From a virus: 64,000 nt of DNA. Of the stretch, positions 52,605 through 62,700 are shown in pieces. The position numbers and the translations under genes are program-made. A model generated the notes under the pieces. The model had not been told where the DNA came from and searched no databases. It saw nothing but the letters and a program-made list of their open reading frames with translations. Numbering within the stretch: position 1 is the first letter of the stretch; every line of letters starts with the position of its first letter. Where the stretch lies: IMG/VR virus record IMGVR_UViG_3300045988_168232, positions 1-64,000 of that record. One strand, written 5' to 3'.

Positions 52605-53978
52605 ATGGCTACGAATACTAATTTAGGAGGTGTTTTTACCACTGATATTGATGGTAAAAAGACCAGTAATGTGTTCCTCAGCACAGAAAATGTTGTTGGT
52701 CTTATTTTTGATACCAGTATCGTTGGTGGGCTTGAAAAAGCTCTTGGAACAGATACTGTAGCAGCTAAAGCTTTTGCAAATGGAAGTGTTGTAGAGCTTA
52801 ATACTTCAAAAGATCTGAAAGAGGCTGGTATCGACGAATCTGTTTTGGCAGGTATCGCAAAATACCATCTTGATTGTTTCTTCAGTCTTGCTGGTGGAAC
52901 GCAACGTATCTTTGTTTCATTTATGAACAGTGATGATGACGCTGATTTTGAAGCTGTAGAAAAGATGCAGCTTGCATCCGGTGGCATCATTTATCAGATT
53001 GGTGTATGGACTGGAAAACCTATTGCTACTAAAAACGGTGATGATTCTTATTCGGTTGAAGCGGGCAATATCTGTGCTAAACTTGAATCTGTTGCTGAAA
53101 TTTTAGGGGGTAAGGTTGGCATAACTAACTATGAAGGTAATGCTCCATTAAACATTTTACTTAATGCGCCTATCATAGATGAGGCTGTTGTGGATTTGAA
53201 AAAACTTCCTGATCTCAGTGAGATGGATTTTCCTAAAGTAACTGTACTTGTTGGGCAAGCTCCTACTGATACAGTTCATAAGCTTATGTATGATGTCAAT
53301 CATGTAAATGACTCAACTGAATCATTTGCCCCGGTTGGATGTGTTGGTGCTGCTATTGGATGTTTAGCGGTTGCCCCGGCAAATGAAAGTATCGCTCATG
53401 TCAATGGATTTAATCTTGCCGCAGTAATGCAGGATGCAGAACTTGGTTTTGGCAATATTGTTAAAGATGATGACAATGACGTTTATGGATCTGAATCTTC
53501 ATTTACCAATATTAAAACAATTGGTTATACCAAGCGTAACACTTATCTTCACAAAAAAGGCTATGTTTTCTTGACCAATTATGACGGGCTAGAAAATAGT
53601 ATTTTTTTCAGTAGCGATCAGACACTCAGTATTGGTGATTATCGTACAATCGCACGTTGTCGTGTAATGCATAAAAGTCGTAGAGTTGTTCGTCGTGCTC
53701 TTTTGCCACGTGTAAACAGTAATGTTGAGATTGATGTAACGACAGGAAAATTGTCCGCTTCTGAAATTGCAGAATTTCAGAATATTGTGATTCAGGCGCT
53801 TGATATGAATATGGTCGAACCTGGAACATCGAAACCGCAAATTAGTGGCCGTACATGTATTATTGATGAAAATCAAGATGTGCTTAACACTGATGCGATT
53901 GATATTCATTACAGCCTCGTACCTCTTGGAGTTACCAGTGTAATCAATGTTACAGAAGGGTTCACGTCAACCATTTAA
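52605..53978 (+). CDS. Tail sheath protein
   Basis: 457 aa, followed by a 166-aa tube-like gene, a chaperone and the TMP. 'KKGYVFLTNYDGLENSIFFSSDQTL...RVMHKSRR' resembles the conserved sheath C-terminal block. Confidence 0.65.
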   Translation: MATNTNLGGVFTTDIDGKKTSNVFLSTENVVGLIFDTSIVGGLEKALGTDTVAAKAFANGSVVELNTSKDLKEAGIDESVLAGIAKYHLDCFFSLAGGTQRIFVSFMNSDDDADFEAVEKMQLASGGIIYQIGVWTGKPIATKNGDDSYSVEAGNICAKLESVAEILGGKVGITNYEGNAPLNILLNAPIIDEAVVDLKKLPDLSEMDFPKVTVLVGQAPTDTVHKLMYDVNHVNDSTESFAPVGCVGAAIGCLAVAPANESIAHVNGFNLAAVMQDAELGFGNIVKDDDNDVYGSESSFTNIKTIGYTKRNTYLHKKGYVFLTNYDGLENSIFFSSDQTLSIGDYRTIARCRVMHKSRRVVRRALLPRVNSNVEIDVTTGKLSASEIAEFQNIVIQALDMNMVEPGTSKPQISGRTCIIDENQDVLNTDAIDIHYSLVPLGVTSVINVTEGFTSTI

Positions 53979-54011
53979 CGCCAAAGTTTAACCATATAAA
54001 ACTATATAACA

Positions 54012-54512
54012 ATGGCAGCAGAAATTAATAATGTAGCATATAGTTGGTCTATGATTCAACTTCAGACCAATTTTGATGGAGAAAGCGCTCAAGCCCCCAT
54101 CTTTGTGGATTGTACCGCAATCAAGTGGGACACGAAACGAAAAATTGAATCCATCTATGGACTTGGCGGTCAGCCTCGTAAACGTGGTTTTGGAAACGTA
54201 ACTTATGAAGCAAGTATCACATTGCCATATGGCACTCAAATTGCTTTACGTGACAAATCCACTGACGGCACGTTGTTAGGTCTTGGAGAATTCAATCTGA
54301 TTGTAAGTTGGGTAAATGATGTGGCGGCAAATGTAACATCAGAAACAGTCACTCTTGCCGGATGTATCCTTGCTGAAGGTGGTATGGATGCGAGTCAAGA
54401 TGATACTTCAATTACCAGAGAATTTGATTTGCATCCGCATCGTATTTATACTGGAAAGGTTCAATCCAATGCAAACATGAGCTGGTCTCACGAATTGTAT
54501 GGCGGTGCGTAA
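54012..54512 (+). CDS. Tail tube protein
   Basis: 166 aa directly after the sheath gene. 'IKWDTKRKIESIYGLGGQPRKRGFGNVTYEASITL' is typical of contractile-tail tube proteins. Confidence 0.6.
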   Translation: MAAEINNVAYSWSMIQLQTNFDGESAQAPIFVDCTAIKWDTKRKIESIYGLGGQPRKRGFGNVTYEASITLPYGTQIALRDKSTDGTLLGLGEFNLIVSWVNDVAANVTSETVTLAGCILAEGGMDASQDDTSITREFDLHPHRIYTGKVQSNANMSWSHELYGGA

Positions 54513-54545
54513 TCGGTTTTCTTGTTTTATACTATCAGTTGTTAA

Positions 54546-54575
54546 GGGGCGGTCAGAAATGGTCGCCTCTTTTTA
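54546..54575 (+). terminator. Terminator after the tube gene
   Basis: GGGGCGGTC (54546-54554) pairs with GGTCGCCTC (54561-54569), counting G-U pairs, followed by TTTTT. Confidence 0.45.
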
Positions 54576-54669
54576 TATATTTTTTGAGGTTTACTATTAT
54601 ATAATGATGGCGCATCAAATACGCCTCACTGAAGTATAATTTATAAACAATTAAAAACCAATTACAGCA

Positions 54670-55086
54670 ATGGCAAAAGAAAAGAAAACAGAAGTAGTCG
54701 AAGACCGACAGGCAACCCCAGCTATCGAGTTCATCAACGATGTGAATGTTCCAATTGAAGTACGTGAGAAAATTGTAAAGAAAGCAGAAGAACTAAAATC
54801 CCAGCACAAATTGCGTAAAATCTTCATCATTGTTGTTGAAGGTGAGGATGGGGATGATAAGCCTCTTTATATCGCTTATTTACGTCGTCCGAGCCTCATG
54901 CATTTCAGTCAGTATATGAATTTTGTCCAAAAGGATTTGGTACAGGCAAATAAAATGCTTGCAACCAATGTGTTCCTTGAAGGGGATCGTGAACTGGTTG
55001 ATGATGATGAGTTGTTCTTGTACGGCACAATGCAGCAACTCAGTCATTTAATTGATTCTCGCAATGCTGACATGGTAAAGCAATAG
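54670..55086 (+). CDS. Tail assembly chaperone (gpG-like)
   Basis: 138-aa acidic ORF between the tube and TMP genes. A downstream -1-frame ORF overlaps its last 16 nt. Confidence 0.5.
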   Translation: MAKEKKTEVVEDRQATPAIEFINDVNVPIEVREKIVKKAEELKSQHKLRKIFIIVVEGEDGDDKPLYIAYLRRPSLMHFSQYMNFVQKDLVQANKMLATNVFLEGDRELVDDDELFLYGTMQQLSHLIDSRNADMVKQ

Positions 55087-55286
55087 AGCGTTGCCGGATA
55101 GGTAAAGAAGATTATTTTCGACAACGCTTTGCACTAACCGCACACTACTATCCTAATTTAGATTTTAGCACTATGAGCATTGAGGATTTTGCCTTTTGGT
55201 CAGAGAATGCGTATTGGATGCATTCACAAATGCTTATGGTACAACAAGCAAATTCATTAGGTACACTAACAGGCGGTGCAAAATAG
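55071..55286 (+). CDS. -1 frame extension of the chaperone (gpGT-like), candidate programmed frameshift product
   Basis: The -1 frame is open from 55071 to the TAG at 55284-55286 and encodes protein-like sequence (...EDYFRQRFALTAHYYPNLDFSTMSIEDFAFWSENAYWMHSQ...). It has no start codon of its own near its 5' end. The A_AAG site is at 55077-55080. Confidence 0.4.
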   Translation, partial: HGKAIERCRIGKEDYFRQRFALTAHYYPNLDFSTMSIEDFAFWSENAYWMHSQMLMVQQANSLGTLTGGAK

Positions 55287-55294
55287 AATGGAAA

Positions 55295-55324
55295 AATAGG
55301 GGCTATTATGGCTCCTATTTTTTA
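55295..55324 (+). terminator. Hairpin plus T-run upstream of the second sheath gene
   Basis: AATAGGGGC (55295-55303) pairs with GCTCCTATT (55311-55319) with 1 mismatch, followed by a T-run to 55324. Confidence 0.4.
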
Positions 55325-55349
55325 TTCGTACTATTATAAAGAAAACAAT

Positions 55350-56633
55350 ATGGCACAACTTAGTTATATTAACACCGGCGTTAAACAGAAACCGGATTTA
55401 ACCTTTAATATTCCGACTGATGAAAGCGTCGGGGCAATGTTGTTTGATATAAGTGGATTTGATAAACCCTTTGACGATTATCCATTGCTGTATCATAATT
55501 TTAAAGATGGTAAGATTCAATGTGTAAAGAACATGGATGATGCGGTTTTATTGGGTATAGCTAATGATGGTTTTATAAATGGTTTATTATATCATCATTT
55601 GTCTCAATTTTATGATTTTGTTGGCAGAAATCAAGCTGTATATGTGGCTATTGCTGATTGTTCAAAAGATTGGGATATTGTTCAAAATATGCAGCAACAA
55701 GTAAGTGGAAGGGTGTTTCAAATAGGAATATGGACATCCCAACCTATATGGAGAATGAAAGATGATAATACATTAGGTTTTACTTCTCTGATTACGGATT
55801 TACAATTACAAGCTGATGAGATTAATGGTAGGGTTGGCATATCTACGCATACTATGATACCTCTTAATATTATACTTTGCGGAAATAGCTACTATGTAAA
55901 AAATGGGGAAGTTAATTATAAAATTCTACCAAATGCAATTGAATTAAATTGCCCAAAGGTTTCAGTGGTGCTTGCACAAAATGGCTCTCCAGAAGCACAT
56001 CTGATACAAAAAGACAATCCATTACAAGCTCCAGTAGGTTCATTAGGTTTGATTATGGCATGTTTGGCACTTTGTGGAGCTGAAGAAAGTATTGCTTCAT
56101 TGGACAAATGTGATTTGAATAAAAATGAAGGATTCAACTACCCTGAATGGGGAGTTGGAAATGACGGTACTCCGATAGATAGTGTGCATCGTATATGGGC
56201 CAATATTATATCATCACGCGGATATATTATACCGGTTGATTACGAGGGTATAGAGGCTTCATATTTTTTTAGTAGTGACCAGACATTATGTGATGGGGAT
56301 TTTAGTACGATTGCTAATAATCGGGTCATACATAAATGCAGAAGAGCTGTTTGTACGGCTCTAATACCATATGTTAATAGTCATCATATCTATGTACCCG
56401 GAACGCATAATATCAGTTCAACATCAATCGCAATCATCACAGATTCTATTAATACTATTTTGGACTCTGTTATGAGAAATAAGCAGGGGCTTAATCAAAT
56501 AGATGGCAGAGTCGTGACATTTCTGGAAAATAATGATATTTTGGAAACAGACTCTATCGCAATAAAAATGGATATTAAACCAATTAATTATAGCGGATTT
56601 ATTTCAGAAGAAGTTTCACATGATATAGGATAA
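55350..56633 (+). CDS. Second tail-sheath paralogue
   Basis: Collinear blocks shared with 52605..53978: 'VFQIGIWTSQPI', 'PLNIIL', 'CPKVSVVLAQ', 'APVGSLGLIMACLAL', 'YFFSSDQTLCDGDFSTIANNRVIHKCRRAV'. The ATG at 55350 (caATATGGCA context) is preferred over 55308. Confidence 0.65.
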   Translation: MAQLSYINTGVKQKPDLTFNIPTDESVGAMLFDISGFDKPFDDYPLLYHNFKDGKIQCVKNMDDAVLLGIANDGFINGLLYHHLSQFYDFVGRNQAVYVAIADCSKDWDIVQNMQQQVSGRVFQIGIWTSQPIWRMKDDNTLGFTSLITDLQLQADEINGRVGISTHTMIPLNIILCGNSYYVKNGEVNYKILPNAIELNCPKVSVVLAQNGSPEAHLIQKDNPLQAPVGSLGLIMACLALCGAEESIASLDKCDLNKNEGFNYPEWGVGNDGTPIDSVHRIWANIISSRGYIIPVDYEGIEASYFFSSDQTLCDGDFSTIANNRVIHKCRRAVCTALIPYVNSHHIYVPGTHNISSTSIAIITDSINTILDSVMRNKQGLNQIDGRVVTFLENNDILETDSIAIKMDIKPINYSGFISEEVSHDIG

Positions 56634-56656
56634 GTATATCATTATAAAAGCATACT

Positions 56657-56686
56657 CCCAAGCCTACAAGTGACTTGGGTTTTTTA
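56657..56686 (+). terminator. Rho-independent terminator after the second sheath gene
   Basis: CCCAAG (56657-56662) pairs with CTTGGG (56674-56679), followed by TTTTTT. Confidence 0.55.
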
Positions 56687-56727
56687 TACACTATTAATAG
56701 GTAGTAAAACATTTAATTTTATTACCT

Positions 56728-59700
56728 ATGGCAGATTATAAAGATTATATCGTCAGATATGATATCCAAGCCGACGTAACAAAAGCCGCAGAAGGACTTC
56801 AATCAATCGCAAATATTGCTAAAGAATTTGAGGTTCCAATGAGAGAACTTTCTGCTGCAATCAAACAAGTAAGCCAGTCGGCATTTCAGTTAAAACAAAA
56901 CGCAAATATTTCTTTTACGCCTAAAATTGATGTCGGGGCATTCAACAACCAATTACGAAATATGGTTGTGCAAGTCAGAAGTGCCGCAACCGAAATGCAC
57001 GCTGCGATATTCGAGGCACTATCTGGAAATGCGCCTGCAACAAAGGCAATGCAAAAAGGCATTGGAACAGCTCTTAAAAGCAATAAATCCATTAGTGACT
57101 TAAAAAGCGACATAGCTGCTTACAATAAAGAGCTTGATAAACTTTTAGGCACGCCTATTACTAAAAAAGGAAAGACGATAAGAAATAGGGATGGCGCAAT
57201 TCAAATGGCTAAAAATGCCAAAATGGATGACCGTGTTATCGAACTGGAGTCTCGTAAGCAAATGCTCCAGAAGCTTATCAAGCAGAGAAGGGCAGATCTT
57301 GCACTTGCTGAACAACTTGAAAAAGAGATTTCTTCTAAACAAGTTAAGACTGATTCCAAAGCTAAATCACCAGCAAAAGAGACCACAGTATTAGGCACAC
57401 AACCAGCTAAACTTACAAATGTCACGCCGGCTGTTATCAGAGAGTGGAAAAAAGTGTTTGGAGATGCTAAAAGCAAATCTTTGACAGTTAATATCAAAGG
57501 GAATGCAGGAGGCGCGAACGGTGCATTAACAATCATCAAACAGATACAATCCTCATTAGAGGCATTGCAGACAATGGGCACATTCAATATCAATCCGGTA
57601 TTGAACATAGAGGCTTTTGCTGCTGCTGAAACTCAACTTAAAAGACTTGCGGCATTAAGTTCTTCCGTTACAGCCCCTTTTATCGCAAAAGACGAAAATG
57701 CACAAGGAGCAAAATTAGGTAGCCCAACAACGTCACTGACAAAAGATGAAAAGAACAAACTCTCTGAGGCAAAGAGGCAGATTAAAACATGGAATGAAAA
57801 GATAGCTGGTGTTCAGTCCAGACTTCATGCGAATAAAGAAAAATATGAGCAAGCACCCACTCCAGGATTAAAAGGACAGATAACACGTGATACAAAAACG
57901 CTTGAAAAATATCAAGTCAATAGAGCGGCGCAAGAAGATGTTGTAAAAAGTCTTCAAGGCAAAACCGCTACTGCTGTTCAATCCGCTACCAAAGGGGTGA
58001 AACCGTTATCCATTGATATTATAGGGAACTTAAAGGGGGTTAATGTCACTGGAAAAACACCTGTAGTGCCCATAATTGGAGAGCTTACAAAAATACAGGG
58101 TAAGATTACCGAAACCATCCCGGTCAATGTTAAAATTATGGCTGATCAGGTGGCTGCATCCATTAAGTCTATACCCACTCCAACATTAAATGTCAATGTA
58201 CGCCTGAATACAGAGGGGATTGCGCAACAGTTGCAGACAGTTGCTGCAAAACCAAAATCAGTAACAAAACCTGAGACCAAAACGGAAACCGTTCCTGTGA
58301 AAGGAATTGGTGCTAAATCTAAAACACAGTTTCCTAAAAGTACAACTTTAATAACAGGTGATATTGATACTAAAAATATCGTCAACCAAATAAAAAATAT
58401 TCCACGTCAAATGATTCCGATAGCGGTAAAATTGATGTGGGAAAAAGGTGCTGTTGGCAGACAAGAGCAATTGAAAAATCTTGCAACTAAAATTCCACCT
58501 GTAACAATTGCTCTTGATACCAAAGCAGCTATTGCAAAATTTGAAGAATTTATAGCCCTTATTAAATCAAACAGCATTCAAAACATACAAATTACTGCAA
58601 GCGGTAATACCTCAAATGCAATTACAAAGGCGGTCACTTCTGCATCAGCATCTTCTACATCGGTTATTGCCGGTGGAAACAATAATGTTACTGCAAAAAA
58701 CAAATCTCTGACAGCACAAGACAGGTATGCAAAATTAAAAGAGAATGCTGTAAAAAATGCAGAAAAAGCCAAAGCCGGTGGAAAGCAAATGGTTCTGAAA
58801 GGGCAAGAGGTTAGAGCCAAAGAACAAGCATGGTATGCTCAACAGCAAGCTATGTACAATCGTTTATTTGAGGCTGTTCCTAAACCTGATTACGGGTGGT
58901 TACAACGACAAGAAACACAAAGAGCTTCAGAATTGCTCAAAATGCGTGAAGATGCAACCGCTGCATTTGCTAATCCGACACCTTTTGAACGAAAGGAAGC
59001 GGCATCTCATAAAGAAACAGTTTCAAGTAGTATAACCAGACACCAGCAAAAAGCTGAAAGACTTAGAGCGCAAGCTTATAATTCAATGTTGCCGTTTGCT
59101 CAAAACAAAGAGCAGGCAAATATGATGGCTAAGCACCGCAAATATTTTAGACAGGCTGTTACAACTACTGGCATTACACCTACACAAGGAATGGACGCAT
59201 CTCAAATGCTGAAATACTTACAAGGCGTATCAAGTCAAATGCAGTCATCCAGTGTAGCTGTTCCATGGCAATTGCAAAATCAAATAAATAAACTGGAAGG
59301 GCAGATTGCAAAATCAAAAGGTATTATGAGTGGCGGTTCTACGCATAGAACTTCTGTAACACCGGTTAATAGTCAAAAAACATTTTTTGACCAGTCTCGT
59401 AAATGGGCTTATCCGTTTACTGGGCAAACTTCATTCGGTGCCCGTACCCCTATGGCTGTAGATATGGCTAAAGGTGCAGGTGTGATGTTTGCTGTTGGAG
59501 GTGCTATGTCCGCAATAAGTGGGGCATTCAACGAAGCTGTAGAGTATCAAAATACCATGCGTACAACACAGTCTATTCTTAAACATGGTACAGATTCATA
59601 TACTAAAGACTCGTTTAAGAATATGGAGCGTACAGTGCGTGACGTAGGTGTAAAAACCAAGTTCTCATCTTCTGAAGTTGCTGATGCTGCCAAGTTCCTT

Positions 59701-62700
59701 GCAATGGCTGGTTATGATATTGAAGCTATCAATGCAGCCATTGCGCCAATTGCAGACTTAGCCCTTATCGGAGATTCTGATTTGGGTGAGACAGCTGATA
59801 AGATGACCAACATTATGACAACATTTCAAATTTCCCCCAACAGAATGAGGGAAGCTGCAAATATCATGGCTACAACTGCAACCAGATCAAATACAGACCT
59901 GATGATGTTGGCTGAATCAGCCAAATACGGTGGTGGTGTTGCGAACATGTATGGCAGAAATGACCCAAATCTTTTTGGGGATACGATGGCTTTGTTTGGA
60001 GTTATGGGTAATGCTGGTATCCAAGCATCTTCAGCAGGTACTGCGTTAAGAATGATGTATATGAACTTGTTTAATCCCAACAATAAACAGAAAGCGCTTC
60101 TTGATATGCTTGAAAGCACATACAATATCAAACGCTTTAAAGATAACGGAGAATATCGTGCAATGTCTGATATTTTGATAGACATGGCACAGAGAATACC
60201 CGAAAACAAAATGGCTGATGTTGTTGGCAAATTGTTCCGTATCACAGCACAACCTGGAGCAAATGCAACTTTAATTGCGGCAGCTGGAGGGGAATTGAAC
60301 AACGAGCAAGAAATCGTGTCTGGCTTCAATAGCGTTGGAGACAAGATACTTAAAGAAGGTCTTGGACCACTGATTTCATTGATGAAAGCAAATCGTGAGT
60401 CTATAAATGGAAATATTTCCGGAGATATAGCTGGCTCCAAACAGAACACGCTCAAGGGATTGTGGGCACAGGTTACATCCACTTTTGAAGAAGGGGTTCT
60501 TGTTACTCTTGAAAACCGGCAGGGTGAATTTGAAAACATGCTCAAACAGTTAAGTGAATATTTTGCAAAGCCTGAAACCATACAAATGATGCAAAATCTC
60601 ATTGACATGATTGTTGATATAGGTAAGGTTATGGCTGGATTTGTGAAGATATGGGCAGAATTGTATAATATGGCCCCTGGATTGATAAAATTATGGGTAA
60701 CTACGCAAATGCTCTTTACACAAATAGGAACATTGATCTCTCCAATCATATCATTAATAGGTGTTTTCAATAGACTTGGTGGGGTTATTGCAAAGCTTTC
60801 AGGAGTGTCTATGGTCGGAAGCATAGCACTTGGAAAAACAACATCTGGCAGAATGATTACAAATTCCGCTTTGCTTGGAGCACCGTTTGCTGTTGGTGGG
60901 TCTAATGTTATTCGAGGAAACGCAGCTGTAAGAGCAAATAGAGAATTGGCATCCAATGCTGTATTGGCTGGAGAACTTGCACTTAGTGGGGCTTCAAAAA
61001 GAGATACACTTGATGCTCTTAATAATGAAACACGACAGCATTATGCTGAAGTGCGCAAACGTGCAAACAGAATATATGGTACGGCACGAGCTGGAAGAGC
61101 CTTTAGAGCAGCTGCAACAGCTGTACCTACAATGGCTGCATTTGCTCCAATGATGACAGGAGTTAAGAGTATGTTTGTCGGTCTTCTTACTTCATTGGCA
61201 AAAGCTATAGGATTTCTTGTAAATCCGATAACATTGGTTGTAGGAGCATTAGGTGCTCTTGGATTTGGTGTATACAAATTGTTCCAGTTCGTAAATGGCA
61301 ATACTGAATCTCAAATATTGGCTCAGCAAGAAATGGCTAAACGTTCTGCTGAAGCAACTAGTGCTATGATTAACAATAGTCAATGGTATAAAGAGCAATT
61401 GAATAAATTTAAGAATCCGGCACAGCAACTTGAATCAGTTGGAAAGTCCAGGAAACAACTTGAATATGAAGAAAATGCTAATAGATTCAAAAGTGAAAAC
61501 GCTGATATATTTGCAGATTTGTCTAAGAATGCGAGTTATAAGGGAATAGATCAGCAAGTTTCAAGTTGGCGTGAAAGATTTAATAATAACCCTCTTTATA
61601 AATTTGCCATAGGAAAAGACTATGATAAATTTGTTGGAGATGGATTGACTAAAGACAATTCTCAGTTACAATACACTGGCACTGATGCGGATGGTGGTAT
61701 AGCTTTATATAATCTATTATTTGGGGCAAAGAATAAAGCGAAATTTGTTCAAAATAATCAGATTCAGGCGGCGTTAAGAACAGCTGGTGCCAATCATCCG
61801 ATTATACAGAATGCCAATGAGCAAATTGCTAATCTACGTCAACAATTTTTTGATGGAACTATCAATGAAGATGAGTATTATAAGCAAGCATATAAAATTC
61901 GTGATAGTATTGTAAATCTGAATAACCCTAAACTTCGTTCATCTGCCGGAATGACACTTGAACAGTTTAATGGTATTTCAGACCCAAGTATCTATCGTGA
62001 GTATGCAATAGGTCAGTATAATATTATCAATTCTTTTATTAATGGTGAGTATGGGTCATTAGTTGGAAAGATTAATGCTTATAAAGAACTTAGAGATGGA
62101 ATTGAAGCTTATTCAAATAAATGGTGGAATGCAATAAGTAATGTTATTGGCGATTTTCCCTTAATGTGGAATGCCATTTCTACTGATGGGAAACAATCTG
62201 CTAAAATTGAATTGTCATTATCCATGCTTCCTGACGGAAAGATAGATCATAACAATATAGTTAAACAGATAGAGGAAAAAGTTGGTGCGTTCAATAAGAA
62301 CATACAAGACTTTGCAAACATGTATGCTAAAGTTTATATGATGATGGCTGAAGCAGGTCTTGTTCCAAAGGATAAAGAAAACGCTCAGAAATGGACATTA
62401 CAACAGCTACAGAATCAGCAGATTTCAGCTGAAGATGCTGCATCATTCTATCATAATAATGTTTCAGATAGTTCTGTTTTGAAGAAATATGGAGTAACTG
62501 TTGAGGAATATCAGAAATATATAGCTAATCCAAATGGGAAATTGACAATTAATGGCAAAGCCTATTCTGCGGTCAACGATGTAAAATATATACGTAAAAC
62601 TTTAGCAAACCAAGCTGTTGATAAAATATTGGGTGGGGTACCTGAATTTAATGGAAATGGACCACTTTTACTAGGGGGACAAAACAATGGAAATGACAAT

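Noticed and set aside
52508-52990. 160-aa minus-strand ORF overlapping the sheath gene start
   Set aside because: It is antisense to two well-supported late genes. It has a low-complexity Ser/Ala/Pro-rich product and no room for a promoter.
55308-55349. Track start (ATG 55308) for the second sheath gene
   Set aside because: The first 14 codons lie inside the terminator-like hairpin and T-run (55295-55324). The ATG at 55350 has the same caATGGCA context as the other late genes, and the sheath homology begins after it.
59826-60956. 376-aa minus-strand ORF inside the tape measure gene
   Set aside because: It lies wholly antisense to the well-supported TMP core. It is a low-complexity Ala/Ile/Pro/Ser-rich translation typical of a shadow ORF opposite a Gly/Ala-rich coding region.
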